Origin: Lytechinus pictus
Taxonomy: Eukaryota
Direction of reading: 5' to 3'
DNA: 64,000 bases
Assembly (NCBI RefSeq): GCF_037042905.1
Contig: NC_087251.1
Span: forward strand, 13,208,001-13,272,000
This document shows positions 14,401-26,420 of the stretch, one piece after another. Made by a program: the position numbers and the translations under genes. The notes beneath the pieces are model-generated. The model saw only the letters and a list, made by a program, of their open reading frames with translations. It had not been told where the DNA came from and did no database searches. Positions within the stretch are counted from its first letter, which is position 1. Each line of letters opens with the position of its first letter.

Positions 14401-14414
14401 TCTTCCTGCATCAT
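2458..14414 (-). CDS. CCDC61: Coiled-coil domain-containing protein 61 (CCDC61/VFL3, centrosomal SAS6 paralogue), 15 coding exons, about 544 aa
   Basis: Phase-consistent hand splicing of exons 14258-14414, 13780-13862, 13170-13330, 12483-12588, 11606-11652, 10938-11154, 10287-10369, 7497-7711, 7074-7152, 6609-6706, 5335-5434, 4679-4745, 3978-4012, 3516-3607, 2458-2552 (1635 nt). The translation has CCDC61 hallmarks: FRGVDY..VEVEDRLTADQWRGSF..IEDLTHKTGNYKQF..DLLTYADLESLRNRK..KRYLIVTYTVEFDRIHYPLPLPYQGKPDP, RFDPTAY, and C-terminal MSEIDARLSALQQFM. All introns are GT-AG except 3608-3977 (AT-AC). Confidence 0.95.
2882..3092. mobile_element. MITE (non-autonomous DNA transposon) in the last CCDC61 intron
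   Basis: Terminal inverted repeats GGGTGTTTCACAAAGATTTAAGT... / ...ACTTAAATCTTTGTGAAACATCCC. Shorter GGG...CCC-ended relatives lie at about 2652-2780, 4877-5022 and 46612-46742. Confidence 0.65.
3608..3977 (-). other. U12-type (minor spliceosome) AT-AC intron of CCDC61
   Basis: The 5' site reads AAAAG|ATATCCTTAT. Branch site TTTCCTTAAC (3620-3629) ends 12 nt before the 3' site CTCAC|G. Splicing keeps the frame (APK-R-LMSTPD). Confidence 0.9.
5811..6261. mobile_element. Penelope-like element relic: ~146-bp inverted repeat around a hammerhead-containing loop
   Basis: Arms ~5858-6003 and ~6107-6252 are near-perfect reverse complements, with outer TCGCTGATGTGG/CCACATCAGCGA. The loop carries the CTGAAGA...CGAAACGTCG motif typical of Penelope pseudo-LTRs. 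Confidence 0.7.
6057..6097 (-). ncRNA. Minimal type I hammerhead ribozyme motif
   Basis: Minus strand reads ACTC-CTGAAGA-C-GGACAG-TCAAC-CTGCCC-GAAA-C-GTC-GAGT. Stem I is ACTC/GAGT, the core is CUGANGA plus GAAA, stem II is 6 bp with one A.C mismatch, stem III is palindromic ACGT, and the cleavage triplet is GUC. Confidence 0.7.
8516..9005. mobile_element. MITE-like element with many internal GAAAGACC/GGTCTTTC motifs
   Basis: Inverted ends CCATTCCACAGAGAGCAAGACC / GGTCTTGCTCTCTGTGGAATGG. A second partial end lies at ~8805-8820, and similar motifs continue to ~9175. Confidence 0.6.
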
Positions 14415-15796
14415 GCCTTAGTTGATCATCATACACTGAAAATCTAGATAAGGCAAACAAATATTTTTGATCATATATGAATATATGAAGAAGAAAAGAA
14501 ATACAAAATGATGAGCTGAAGTTAGCAATTGATTCATGCCACATTGCTGGAGGAAAGGTGAAATAATGTCAACATCAACATAATTTGCTAAATTCTCTTC
14601 ATCAAGATATACTATTTACCCAATTGAATTTTTTTATTATTTCTTTTGCTTTGCTTGTTAACTTATACATTTTTTCTCACTGATGTAAATGTATTACTGT
14701 TTAACATTCCACGGGTGCAATTTAGTGTACCAACTTGCTATCCAATTTTACAAGAACCAAGGAGAATTTTCCTACCAGTGAACCACTTTGGATCCAGAAT
14801 CTATACCACAGGAAGGTTGTTAATCCCAGATCTTCCTGAACTTTTGTTAACTATCAAGACTCTGCCTTATGGATTTTATTGTAAAAATATCATATTAAGA
14901 ACCATGCCCCATGTGAATGAAAGCCAAGGAAGAGGCTTGATAGCACAACGACTCTGCTTCCTGACACAATTTTTGTTAATTCTCAATTTCAATGACAGCT
15001 CCTGAAAAGTCATGCATATTGTATTGATCATGCTGAGGCTATACAGGATATCAATATATCAAAGATCTTCTTAGCCAGCTAGTTCATTAAGATATTAACT
15101 TAACAATACAAGGCTGCAGAAAATTGTGAAATTGATAAATCTGATAAATCCCTTTTTTGAAGAACTGGTGATTTTTCTGACCAAGATTTATCAAGGATGG
15201 GGGGGGGGTCAATTGATTCGAACCAGATGGGGACGTAAACATAGCGGCAAGTTTTTCCCGTCTTTTCATAATATTTCTCTCATTTTTTAAATGAATTCTT
15301 GTTTAAAAATGAAATCAATATTGTAGAAATGTCGGAAATGAAGTTGTATCCCATTTACATGATTTGGGGCGAGATGTTTTAGAAGGAAAGTAGAAATCTC
15401 GGGACGAAAGTTTCAGTTTTTTCGCGGTACACGCACATGAATGGGACGCAATCCCTGGCCTGTGGAGAGTAAGCACATGTTAGTGAATGATTTTTACTCT
15501 TGTCTAGGAGCCTCCTGGCTAGGGAAATGGTCATGTACCTTTATGCATTAGGTGAATAAAGGTAGGCCTAATCTATGTAATTCAATAAAATTTTAGATGA
15601 AAATAGGATTGCTAGTTATGTTATATGAAGGGAATTCCCTTCTTATTTTGATAGTTCACTAGGCACAGTCCCATATGCATGTCTAGGCTCCATGATCATG
15701 GTGATGTAATGACAATACCAAAATCATTACAAAATATCATCACAGAGTCCTCTCGGCCTAGGCTAGGTTCTATCCCAGCCCCGGGTCCTACCTTAC

Positions 15797-15860
15797 CTAC
15801 CATTTACCAAGCCAGGAGGAACTGTGGCGTAGGTAGAAAAAAAAATGGCGAAATTTGCTT
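15797..15860 (-). promoter_or_regulatory. Probable non-coding first exon / TSS region of CCDC61
   Basis: A good donor (TAG|GTAAGG, 15791-15796) and a YY1-like CGCCATTTT motif (~15842-15850) sit in a locally GC-richer patch. The ATG exon has an acceptor at ~14436, so an upstream exon is expected. Confidence 0.35.
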
Positions 15861-18807
15861 GGAAATAACCGCAGTGTCCGCACAACAAATACTAGACCCA
15901 ACATATCATAGTACGTTTTTTTCTTACAGCTTTACGCAGCTAACTTGAAGTCATGGGTCTTGGCAAGACTTCCATATGTCCCCGCCACTAAAATTGAAAA
16001 AAAATATGGAGGAGGTTTATCTCGCCTTGAGGACTCCATGATGATATTTTTTAATATTTTGACATATACTTCTTCATCATGGAGCCTTGAACCACTTCCC
16101 ATATACATATAAGAGACACATGTAAACAATCCATCTTTGAAGATTGAAATCACGTAAATGTTTGTGATTTTACTAATCTATACACATTCATACGCCTAAT
16201 GCGTGTGAAGGTTCCAAAAATTTGTTATTAAAAAGGTAAAAAATTGGTTTCTTACCAGACCGATCTCGTGTAGATCCCTCGATCCATTTGTACACAACGC
16301 AAATACAATAGGCTTGACCCTTGAACTGCTTATGTATGACGTACCTTCGATTAACAGTGTTACAAAATGCCGTTTTGAAGAACAATTTATAGAAAAAAAT
16401 TATTATTTAACAAATAATGAAATATGAAACTTGATTAAAGTTTTATCTATTTAAATTGTTCTTCACCTTTTGTCTTACCTTTTTAGCAAAATACATTAAA
16501 ATTATTAAAATAATATTTAATGTTCTTTATTGAAGTTCTCATTATCCATGAAAAATAATAAAATTGAACAAACGAAAAAAAATCAACTCTACAATCTACC
16601 CCAATCATGCCAATTGTTCTCTGAGTGAGGGGCGGAGCTTAGAGTGGTCACAAAATCTGAGCGGAGTGGACCTTCCTTACACCAACAGCTGCAGATAGAC
16701 TACTACAACAAAGTGTTCTCAGCAATGCCAATGATGAACTGGGCTAGTCTAATGCTGATGACTGGTGCGCTAACCATACTTCAGTGGAACGCGCAGGGGC
16801 TGTTAAATCACGGCCCTGAACTTATAAATTACTTGAATATGCATAAAGACCTTTATCATATAATCTGTATCCAAGAAACTTGGTTTAGTGGAGATCACAT
16901 ACTGGATATCCCAAAATACCTTTGTTTTAACTTTTAATAGAAACAGAGAAAATCGTTCTAAAGGAGGTTGCACAATTTACATACATGAATCCCCCAATTA
17001 TGAATACCCCATTAATGATAAAGAAATTGAAATGCAATTTACTAAAATACATATTGCCGGAACAGCGATCTCCGTTGTAAATTTCTATAATCCATGCAAA
17101 AAAATGGATGATGTTATCTCAAACAAAATCACCAACGGTATAGATAACAACCTTTTCCTTATAGTTGGGGATTTCAATTCCCACAATCCTGTATGGGGCA
17201 GTGCAAAAACAGACCAAAATGGTAGTGGTTGAAAACTTCATCCATGAAAGAAACTTTGTATTTTTAAATGATGGAACAGGAACTAGAATAGATCCACATA
17301 CTGGGAAAACTTCGTCTCGACCTCAGTATCACATCCCCTCTGCTATCTGGTAAGTGCACTTGGGAAGTTCTGCAACACACTTTTGGGAGTGATCATTTTC
17401 CCATATCTACCCAAATATTACTGGATCGAACCAGGCAGGTAAATAATCAAAGGGTCAATGAAGAAATAAACTGGTCTTTTAAGAAATTTGATTGGAATTC
17501 TTTCACTAGAAAGTGTCAAAGAAGTCTAACAGGAGATAGAGATATCCTAACCGACCAAACTGATATATATAGTGATTTTATTAATGAACTAACAAACATT
17601 ATAAGTGATTTAATGCCCAAGAAGGGCAAGAAGAAACACAACCCCATTCCTTGGTGGACAGATGAATGCACAAAAATCATCAAAGAAAGAAATAGGGCTA
17701 ATAATAAATTAAAAAGACATATCCTCAGAATATTTGAACATTTATTTAAAGAAAGCAGAAGCCCAAAAGATTCTGCGCCAATCAGAAAAAAGATATTGGG
17801 AAGATTTCTGTCGAAGACTAAATCCCTATGTACCAGAATCCATGATCTGGCACACCATTAAAAGACTGAAAGGGTCGGTCAACAACAAACAAAAATTAAA
17901 AAACATGCCAATCTTTAGTGGTTAATGAAAAGGAAATTTTGTGTGATAAAGAAAAAGCTGAGGCTTTTTCTTCCTTTTTCCAATCTATAAGTCAAGTAGA
18001 AGAATGCACGGGAATAAAAGGCAATGAACACATTGCAATCAAGTCAATGAACCGGGGAATGGAACACGTTTTGAATGAACCTTTTACGTTTCAGGAATTA
18101 CAAAAGGCTCTCAATACTTGTAAACAATCATCCCCTGGGGAAGACAAGATCCCTTACCAGGTGTATCAAAAACTTCAGAATGAAAGTAAGAATTATATGC
18201 TAAAGGTCATGAATTGGATATGGGACACGGGGGCCATACCCCCAAATATGAAACATTCTATATTAATCCCTGTACTAAAGCAGGACCAAGACCCTCATAC
18301 TGTATCATCATATCGACCCATAGTACTAACTTCGTGCTTTGCTAAGATACTTGAACGGATTGTAAAAAATAGACTTTAGTGGTACTATGAAAAGAAAGAA
18401 ATATTCCCACCTTTTATGACAGGTTTTTGCTCCAAACGTAGTTTGGTGGATAATATAATACTTCTAGAGAACACGATTCAAAGAAGTATTAATGTTGGTG
18501 AATATACATTAGTAGTATTCCTTGATATTTAAAAAGTATATGATTGACTCGATATCAAAAGCTTAATATACAAACTAGCATCATATTATGATATCTCGGG
18601 CAATATGCTACAATTCTTGAATAACTTTTTGAAGGAGCAAACTTTTCATGTGAAGATTGGACAGGAAAAATCAAAATGCCATGAAATATACAATGGTCTG
18701 CCCCAGGATAGTGTTCTAAGTCCATTGCTCTACAATATAATGATGTGTGATATCCCGACTGATGAAACTGTTAGAACATCTATATACATGTATGCGGACG
18801 ACTGTAC

Positions 18808-19813
18808 ATGATTCGTAGTCTGAAAAAGTTCACCCTCTCTAGAAAAGACCTAACTATCTTTACATGCTATCTACGACCAATACTAGAGTACTGTGCACCT
18901 GTGTGGCACTCATCCATAACAGCCAATGAATCAAAACAAATAGAATCTATCCAGAAAAGAGCATTGCGTATCATTTTTGGCAAAGATTATTTCTCATATG
19001 ACAATGCACTTTCAACTTCTGGCCTTACAACCCTATATGACAGACGTGTCACTTTGTGTATGAAATTTGCACTGTCCCTTGAAAAGTTCTTTCCCCATTG
19101 GCTACCCCCCAAACAATCTGAATTTAGAGCCCTCCGAAATAGCAAGAAATATAGACTGACGAAGTGCCGCACAGAACGATACAAGAAAAGTACCATGCCC
19201 TATATAATCAGGCTTTTAAATGATAGATGAGTAACACATATGATGTTTCTATGAAGCTTAAACGTGCTACGTATTTCCCCAAATGAACTTATCTTATAAT
19301 GTATTAATTACCCTTTTTATATCCATGTTGTATATTATCAATTTCCTATGTATGTTCAAGTAATTATATATTCGTTATATTCCAAACACCAGATGAACGA
19401 AACAATGGCCAATTTTACCAATTATGCCTTTATCCTATTTTGTAACAATGCCCCATTATGTTGAACCTTTTCGATTTTTTGTTCAGCAGGACCGTTTTTT
19501 CCTCTTTATGTTCTACTTGTAAACGCTTCCTTACACACACTCAACTTATCATTTCTCTTATTTTGGAAACATTATTGTTCATTGAAGTTATTATGGTTAA
19601 TCGAAATTAGTATTGCAAATTAGAATCATTATTTTTGTAAATTTGAATTATCACTGTATATTTGAATTATTATGGTTAAATTGAATTAAGATTATTATTG
19701 TAATTGAGATTTTATTCATGTTTATGTGCAATTTATATGTTTTTATTGTAAATTCAATGTCAATTCAGCCTTCGTAGCTGCTAAATTGGATAAAATATAT
19801 CTTGAATCTTGAA
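18808..19813 (+). mobile_element. 5'-truncated CR1-group LINE (L2/Crack/Rex1-Babar-like) 3' end inserted into the I-group RT
   Basis: C-terminal ORF2 motifs YLRPILEYCAPVW..IESIQKRALRII..RTERYKKSTMPYIIRLLN (18808-19230) are followed by an AT-rich 3' UTR, a CAATTCAGCC..GCTGC stem-loop and a (CTTGAAT)n tail. The host frame YADDCT|VWISG resumes after it. Confidence 0.85.
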
Positions 19814-20508
19814 CCTGTCTGGATATCGGGTGCAGATATAGAGCTTATTTCAAAACAATTATAGTATCATTTGAATAAATTTAACAATTGGTTTACCAAA
19901 TGGGGATTTCGTCTCTCACAGAGCAAAACAGTCCCAGTACTTTTTGTACTAAGAAGAGGAAAATCAAATATCCGAAGCTCAGGTTAAACAATGCTGCCCT
20001 GACCTTCAAATCTGAGAAAAAATTCTTAGGAATGATATTTGATCAAAAACTGTCATGGAAAAATCATATAGATATGATCATTTCAAAATGTAAACGTAAG
20101 ATGAATATTTTGAGGTGCTTAACAGGTACGACGTGGGGGAACTCCTCGAAATCGTTACTGATTTTATATAAAGCACTAATAAGATCATTATTAGATTTTG
20201 GCTGCGAAGCTTATGATAGTGCACCCTCATACATCATAAAATCCTTAGATCATATTCAATATCAGTCTCTGAGAATATGTGCAGGAGCTCTTCCCCTAAC
20301 ATCACTTGCTGCCTTACAAACAGAATTAGGTGAAATTCCCCTAGACTTACGCAGGCAGATGCTTGCAGATATTCTAAGACAAAAAATTGCTATACATCGT
20401 GATCATCCTGTTAACGTCAAGCCAAACTGGCAAATGGAGATATTAAAACATCAACATAATCATAAACCTTTTGGATGTAGGACAGCATTGATGAATGAAA
20501 AACCAATT

Positions 20509-20795
20509 AATAATAATAATAATATAGAGTATTTATAAAGCGCCAAATCCACATTGATTATGTGCTCAAGGCGCTGAAATATACTTGGTATATTATTATT
20601 ACCCCGGCTGTAGCTGAGCGGCCATATAGGCGCTAAAGCATTCAAGGAATAAATCCTACCGGGTACCCATTCACCTCACCTGGGTCGAGTGCAGCACAAT
20701 GTGGATAAATTTCTTGCCGAAGGAAATTACGCCATGGCTGGGATTCGAACCCACGACCCTCTGTTTCAAAGTCCGAAGACTAATCCACTGGGCCA
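20509..20795 (-). mobile_element. tRNA-derived SINE with L2-like tail
   Basis: Minus strand has A-box TGGCCCAGTGG, B-box GGTTCGAATCC, core CTCGACCCAGGTGAGGTGAATGGGTACC and tail GGCGCTTTATAAAT..(TTA)n. It is flanked by a CAATT duplication (20504-20508 / 20796-20800). Confidence 0.9.
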
Positions 20796-23249
20796 CAATT
20801 GAAACTTATACTGTATCTTGTCTCCCCCCATGGACAATGATTCTTCCAAAAGTTTCTCTAGAATTGAGTGAAGTTCTGAATAAACAACAAAACCCCTCAT
20901 ATTTAAAACAACGTAGCTTAGAACTTATAGGAAGTAAATGGTCAAATCAGTTGCATATATTCACAGATGGGTCAAAAGTTCCAAACGATGAAACAGTCTC
21001 CACTTCCTTCTATGTACCAGCTTTCTCCATCCATGAAGTAAAAAGGATGGTGAACCATACATCATCATTCAGAGCTGAATTAGCAGCCATCGTCCTTGCC
21101 CTCAACTGGCTGGAGGATATTGATGTATACGTCGGAATTGTGATTTTTTCTGACTCATTGAGCGCATTACAGGCCATAAAAGAAGAAAAGGATATCCTTT
21201 GTCACAGAAATTATAATTTTAACTACTAAATTAAACTATCAAGGGAAACAGATCCACCTTGAATGGATCCCTAGCCATTGTTGTCTACATGGGAATGAAA
21301 TGGCAGATCATTACGCCAAAGCTGCCCTACAAAACAACATTGAAATATTTAATAAACTATCTCTCTCTGAAATAAAGAGTATTATTACGGATAAGTATAT
21401 CACCCTCTGGCAAGATAGGTGGAATTCATCGCACACCTTTCTGAGACAGGTACAACCTGCCGTTAACAAACCACATTTGTGTTTTTTAACAAGATTTGAG
21501 GAGAGTATTGTTCATAGATTAAGACTCGGAGTAGTAGGTTTGAACAAAGATCTTTTTAAATTGAAAATGCATCCAACAGGATATTGCAATAATTGTAATG
21601 GGTGTATTGAAACTGTAAGTCATTTCCTCACTGAATGCCCAAAATACAATATAGAAAGGTCTATGTTACTTGTCGAAACCAATATAACTGATACTAAGGA
21701 AATAATGACATTACTGATAAGTGCACAAAACAAAAAGCAAAAGTCCATCGTCCGCTTTGTTTTAAGGACAAAGCGATTGTTTGAGAAACAGTAAATCTAG
21801 GTAGCTAGCTATGCAGAACTTTAGTTGCTATCTTGTTCTCTTCTTTATCAGTTAGTTAATTGTCTCATGATTATGAAATTAATATTTCACTGAGAAGACT
21901 TTTGTCATCAATGCAAGACTTTTCTGAGGTATTACAAAATGTAATGACTTCGTGGCCACCGCTCGATAGCGAAATGATTTTTAGAAATATATTTCCTTTG
22001 CAGTCTTTTACTTAATCATATCTTACATACTACTATATTTGAAACTATATATATGTATATATTTCTGTGGGTATATACATGTATATATATCAGCTATTGG
22101 AAGTTATATAACTATTGCAATTATTATTCATTAACTTAATCAGTCGCGTGTTGGATGTACACACGATATATGTTATAATACTTTTTTCATCTCTAACCGC
22201 CCACAATATCTTGCAACTAACCTTGGATGATTGGTCGCAAAGCATCCCACACAATATAATTTACTAAACTGTCAATATTATGCAATGTGATAGATTATGT
22301 TTTATCTTTGTTAAAGCTTTGACTTTAAGAAAGAAAAAAGAAGACATCTCCCTGTATCTTGCTGGGGTTTCTTTCTTTCTTTTTTCTTTGCAAAAGAGGG
22401 AGAGAAGAAAGGATATTTAATAGTTATGACAAAAATATATATAAAAAAAGTAATAGAAACAAAATTAAAATAATAAATTAACCACCCAAGTGTATTGACA
22501 CTTCCCTTTTTGTATTTGCTGGATTTCATGTTTGAAGGCTCTTTCTCCATACAGACAAGTGTCAATCGACTGACTGAGGGTCACAAGGAGGAGGAAGGGC
22601 TTCCTCCCACAAGGGCCCCTTTTTATTTTCCATGTAGGTAGGTTAAAGGCGTTTGTCCCCTGGAAAGATCAAACCTCAAGATGTTGATGGACCTGAATCC
22701 ACCGACGGGACAGTCGTAACCCCGTAACTCTGGTACGGGTGTGGGAGTGGGCTCTTCTTTCTTTGCCTGTCTCTCTTTCAGTCATTTCAAATCAGTTTTT
22801 TTTTTTCTTATCTTATCACTTCTTGATCACATAAATCCTTTCTCTCTCTGCCTTTACTTTATGGGTCAATAAGTACCGAAAAACTTGTTAAAACATTATC
22901 CCCTCTTGTTAGAATGATTTTCTTTTATATAATATCTCATAGATCGTCGATCAACAACCTTATCATTTTTGGGAAGTAATCCCCCTATTGTTTGCTGATA
23001 TCTTATTTCTCAGTTTTTTGTTTCATATGTATTTAAATGTCTTTTTTTTTGTTTTTTTTTCATAGAAAAAAAAAAGGAATGAATATAAAAGAAATAAAAA
23101 AAAGTAATAAAAAAATAATTAATAAAATTGTTACCCTACTTTTCATACAGTGGGTGGCAAAAATAGTCAATCATGACTTATTGCCAAATAAAAACAAGGA
23201 ATGGAATGGTGTGTTGCTGCCCTCTACGCGTAAATATTCATATCTGAAT

Positions 23250-26200
23250 GTAGACAGCTGGCAGCCGTCTGTCTCCTCGTACACAGACGGCTCACTATCG
23301 TGCAGCCACCAATCGGGGGTTAACAATGCAAAATCCCCCCGACGGGGCTCATCGATTTTTGTCTTTATTTCATAAAATTTTAAATATATAAAAAGAACTG
23401 TACCAAAATAAAGATTATTATTCTGTTTCGGTAGGCACTTCAGGTGAAAATTAGGAAAGGCTGTTCCAGCATATTTGATAGGCTCACAATGAGGCTCAAT
23501 ATCTACAATTCACAAAACTGTTTGAATTTTCAAATTCCGATATCTAGAAGTCGAGTTATTGTCATCTTTGTGATGAAAAAACAGGGCTTTTTGTGGACAA
23601 AAGAAGATTGCAAAATCTTATTATTCTCTTTGTTTTGGGCATGGCACATTTATAATACATAGCTTATGGGGAATTGTACAAGCTTTTTATTCAAATCTTT
23701 AAGTACTCAGATTGATTTGACATTGCAAGCCTTGGCATATGATTTCTTTGGTTCAAGGGCAACTACCCCTGGACAATAACCCCCACCCCCCACCCCCGGA
23801 CAATTCCCCTCCCCCCACCCCCACCCTGGACAATTCCCCCCCCCCCCCCGGACAACTACACTGTACCCCTATCCAAAAATCTACACCTAACCTAACCCTA
23901 TTTCGGCGGTAATTGCCCTGTGGTAGGTTTGTGCACAGGGTAAACATGACTTGATATTGATTTTCTTTGCTTGAACATTAGAAATTAAGTTTTCAATGAA
24001 TATAATTTGTAATCAAAGAAAGAGAATTAAAATAATAATCTTAGGATTTCTAGAAAAAAATAAAAACAGATTGATTTCAATTGTCTATTATCTCATTATT
24101 GTCTTGTTATTATGGTCTCAATAAAATTGTTGATATTATTATTGTCTCATCATCGTTTCATTATTGTCCCAATTAGTATTATAATTATAATAATTATTAT
24201 TATGATAATTATTTTTGTTTCATTAATATTATTTTCTAAATAATTATTACAATTATAATTACTATCATAGTAATTATTGTTATAATTATTTCATAATAAT
24301 AATTATTATTGAAATAATAATTATTATTGTCTCAATAATTATAAGGCCTATAATTATAATTATTATTTTTATGATTATAATTATAATTATAATAATTTTT
24401 ATAATAATAATAATTATTGATGACTTATCAATATTACTGTCTCAGTAATTATTACAAGTACAATTACTTTCATTATAATTTTTATCATTATAATTATTTT
24501 ATAATTATTATTATTGTAATAAAAGTTATTTGTCTCAATAATTATAAGGCCTTTAATTATAATTATGATTATCTTTATAATCATAATAATTTTTATAATA
24601 ATAATTATTGATGACCTTTCAATATTACTGTCTCAGTAATTATTACAATTATAATTACTTTCATTATAATTGTTATCATTATAATTATTTTATAATAATT
24701 AGTATTATTGTAATAATAGTTATTATTGTCTCATTAATTATAAGGCCTATTATTATAATTACTATAATTATAATTGTTTCTACAATTATATTTATTTTAA
24801 TTATAAGTATTATTATTATAATGATTATTATTGATATCTCATTAATATTATTGTCTCAGTAATTATTACAATTCAAAGTACATCATTATAATTGTTATTA
24901 CAATTATTTTATTATAATAATGATTACTGTAATAATTATTATTGTCAATAAATACTAGAATTGATGTCTCAATAATTATTACAATTATAATTATTATCAT
25001 TATAATTATAATTGTTATCATTATAATCATAATAATTATTATAATTGTCTCAATGTTTATTGTCTCATATTATTAATGTATCATCATCACTGTTAATTGC
25101 CTCATTATTGTCTTCTCTTACTTTTTCATAATATCTTCAAATTAATAATTAACACCATAACAAAGGTCCATAAATCAGATATCAAATTCATGAAACACAT
25201 CTCATGTATGTAAACCTATTTCTAAATTAAATTCATGCAAGGAGCTTTCTGTGCCATTCAAAAATACGACTTTCATTAACAATACCATATTCTAGACATT
25301 CAGACGCATTCCAACAAAAAATCACATATCAAACAAAATTCTTGAAGTTTACTTGCAGTTTTGCTCTTAATACTTATTTCTTACGAATTCTACAAAATTA
25401 TTTTCAAAATAACAATTTGATTTTCATAATTAACAGAGCTCAAATCGTAATTAAAAAAAATATACAACGGCTGAAACATACTGTGTCTGAATACCAAGAC
25501 TAATCTCAGGCCCAACGCAGTGGGGATGACGTCACTCACAGCTGTTCGTATACGCTCAAAACAACCCTGCTCGATCGGCCGAGTCAGATTCACAAACACC
25601 TCATGACACTCAAAACTGAAGCTCATATTCGCAAACTCTCTACGGACCAAATTTGATTAGAATTTCACAAAATGTTCTCAAATATACAATTTTATTACTG
25701 ACCGAGTTTACAAGGGATCCGATGATTACAAGAAGGTGATTTCAAGCAAAGAAAAATAAATACCTGAATATTAGGTCCTTCCCTCGCATGAAGGTAAGTT
25801 AGACTCCGTCTTGTATATTTCCGATGTTTACCGAAGATGTACGAAGCAACCGCGGGAATTTTTGACCAATCAAAATCAGCGGAATAAAGGAAGAAACTGA
25901 CTCTGTGTTTTCGAGCAATGCCGAATGCAACTCCAGCGCTCGGCCAAAGTGCCGAGCGGAGCGAACTGTGTGTGTTAGATAGGTGCTCGCCATTCACTGC
26001 AATGCAAAAATCTACGTCTAGCGCTGTGTCCGCGCCATCGCCCGCCCGACTGAAGTGCCTAACATAAGGAAGTCTTTTCTTGACCTTGGTCTTGACACGG
26101 GATAGCTTTGAAGTAGACAGCTGGCAGCCGTCTGTTTCGAGGAGTTTTTTAACATTTTTTATTTCTCCTCATACACAGACGGCTCGCTATCGTGCAGCCA

Positions 26201-26255
26201 CCATTAGGGGACTTACAATGCAAAATCCCCCCGTCGGGGCTCTTCAATTTTTGTC
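23250..26255 (+). repeat. Pair of ~120-140-bp direct repeats (23250-23365 and 26112-26255)
   Basis: Both copies read GTAGACAGCTGGCAGCCGTCTGT..ACACAGACGGCTC..ATCGTGCAGCCACCA..ACAATGCAAAATCCCCCCG.CGGGGCTC. Confidence 0.7.
24120..25130. repeat. (ATT/AAT)-rich degenerate microsatellite with ~191-bp internal tandem duplication
   Basis: Low-complexity ATT/AAT sequence with recurring TTGTCTCA. The motif TTGATGAC..TCAATATTACTGTCTCAGTAATTATTAC occurs at 24417 and 24608. Confidence 0.85.
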
Positions 26256-26420
26256 TTTAATGAATCAAACTTTTGAAAATGACCGCGACCGAAATGCAAA
26301 TTAATATTCCCTCTTGGCATTAATTGCCAAAAAACGTGGAAAAGCAAGTTAAAAGGAACAAAAACAGTGACTTACCTCGGCTGTCGCGCAACTTCACTGC
26401 CCTGTATTATCCGAACTTAA

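Larger units (their letters stand above)
16752..21794 (+). mobile_element. Decayed I-group (Nimb/I-like) non-LTR retrotransposon ORF2: AP endonuclease, reverse transcriptase, RNase H, CCHC knuckle
   Basis: APE motifs: ILQWNAQGL, ICIQETW, VGDFNSHNPVWG, SDHFPI. RT motifs: SPGEDKI, SYRPIVLTS, GLPQDSVLSPLLY, YADD. RNase H motifs: IFTDGSK, AELAAI, FSDSLSAL, WIPSH..GNEMADHYAK. Knuckle: CNNC..ETVSHFLTEC. There are many frameshifts and stops and two nested insertions. An AT-rich 3' UTR may extend to a stem-loop plus AATAAA at ~23155-23196. Confidence 0.92.

Noticed and set aside
20699..20800. tRNA-like sequence, and the N-terminus of the ORF 20699-21229
   Set aside because: This is the head of a SINE that continues into core and tail, not a tRNA gene. 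The apparent ORF start is SINE sequence fused to the LINE RNase H frame.
24417..24862. Tyr/Asn- and Ile-rich ORFs
   Set aside because: They are translations of an ATT/AAT minisatellite.
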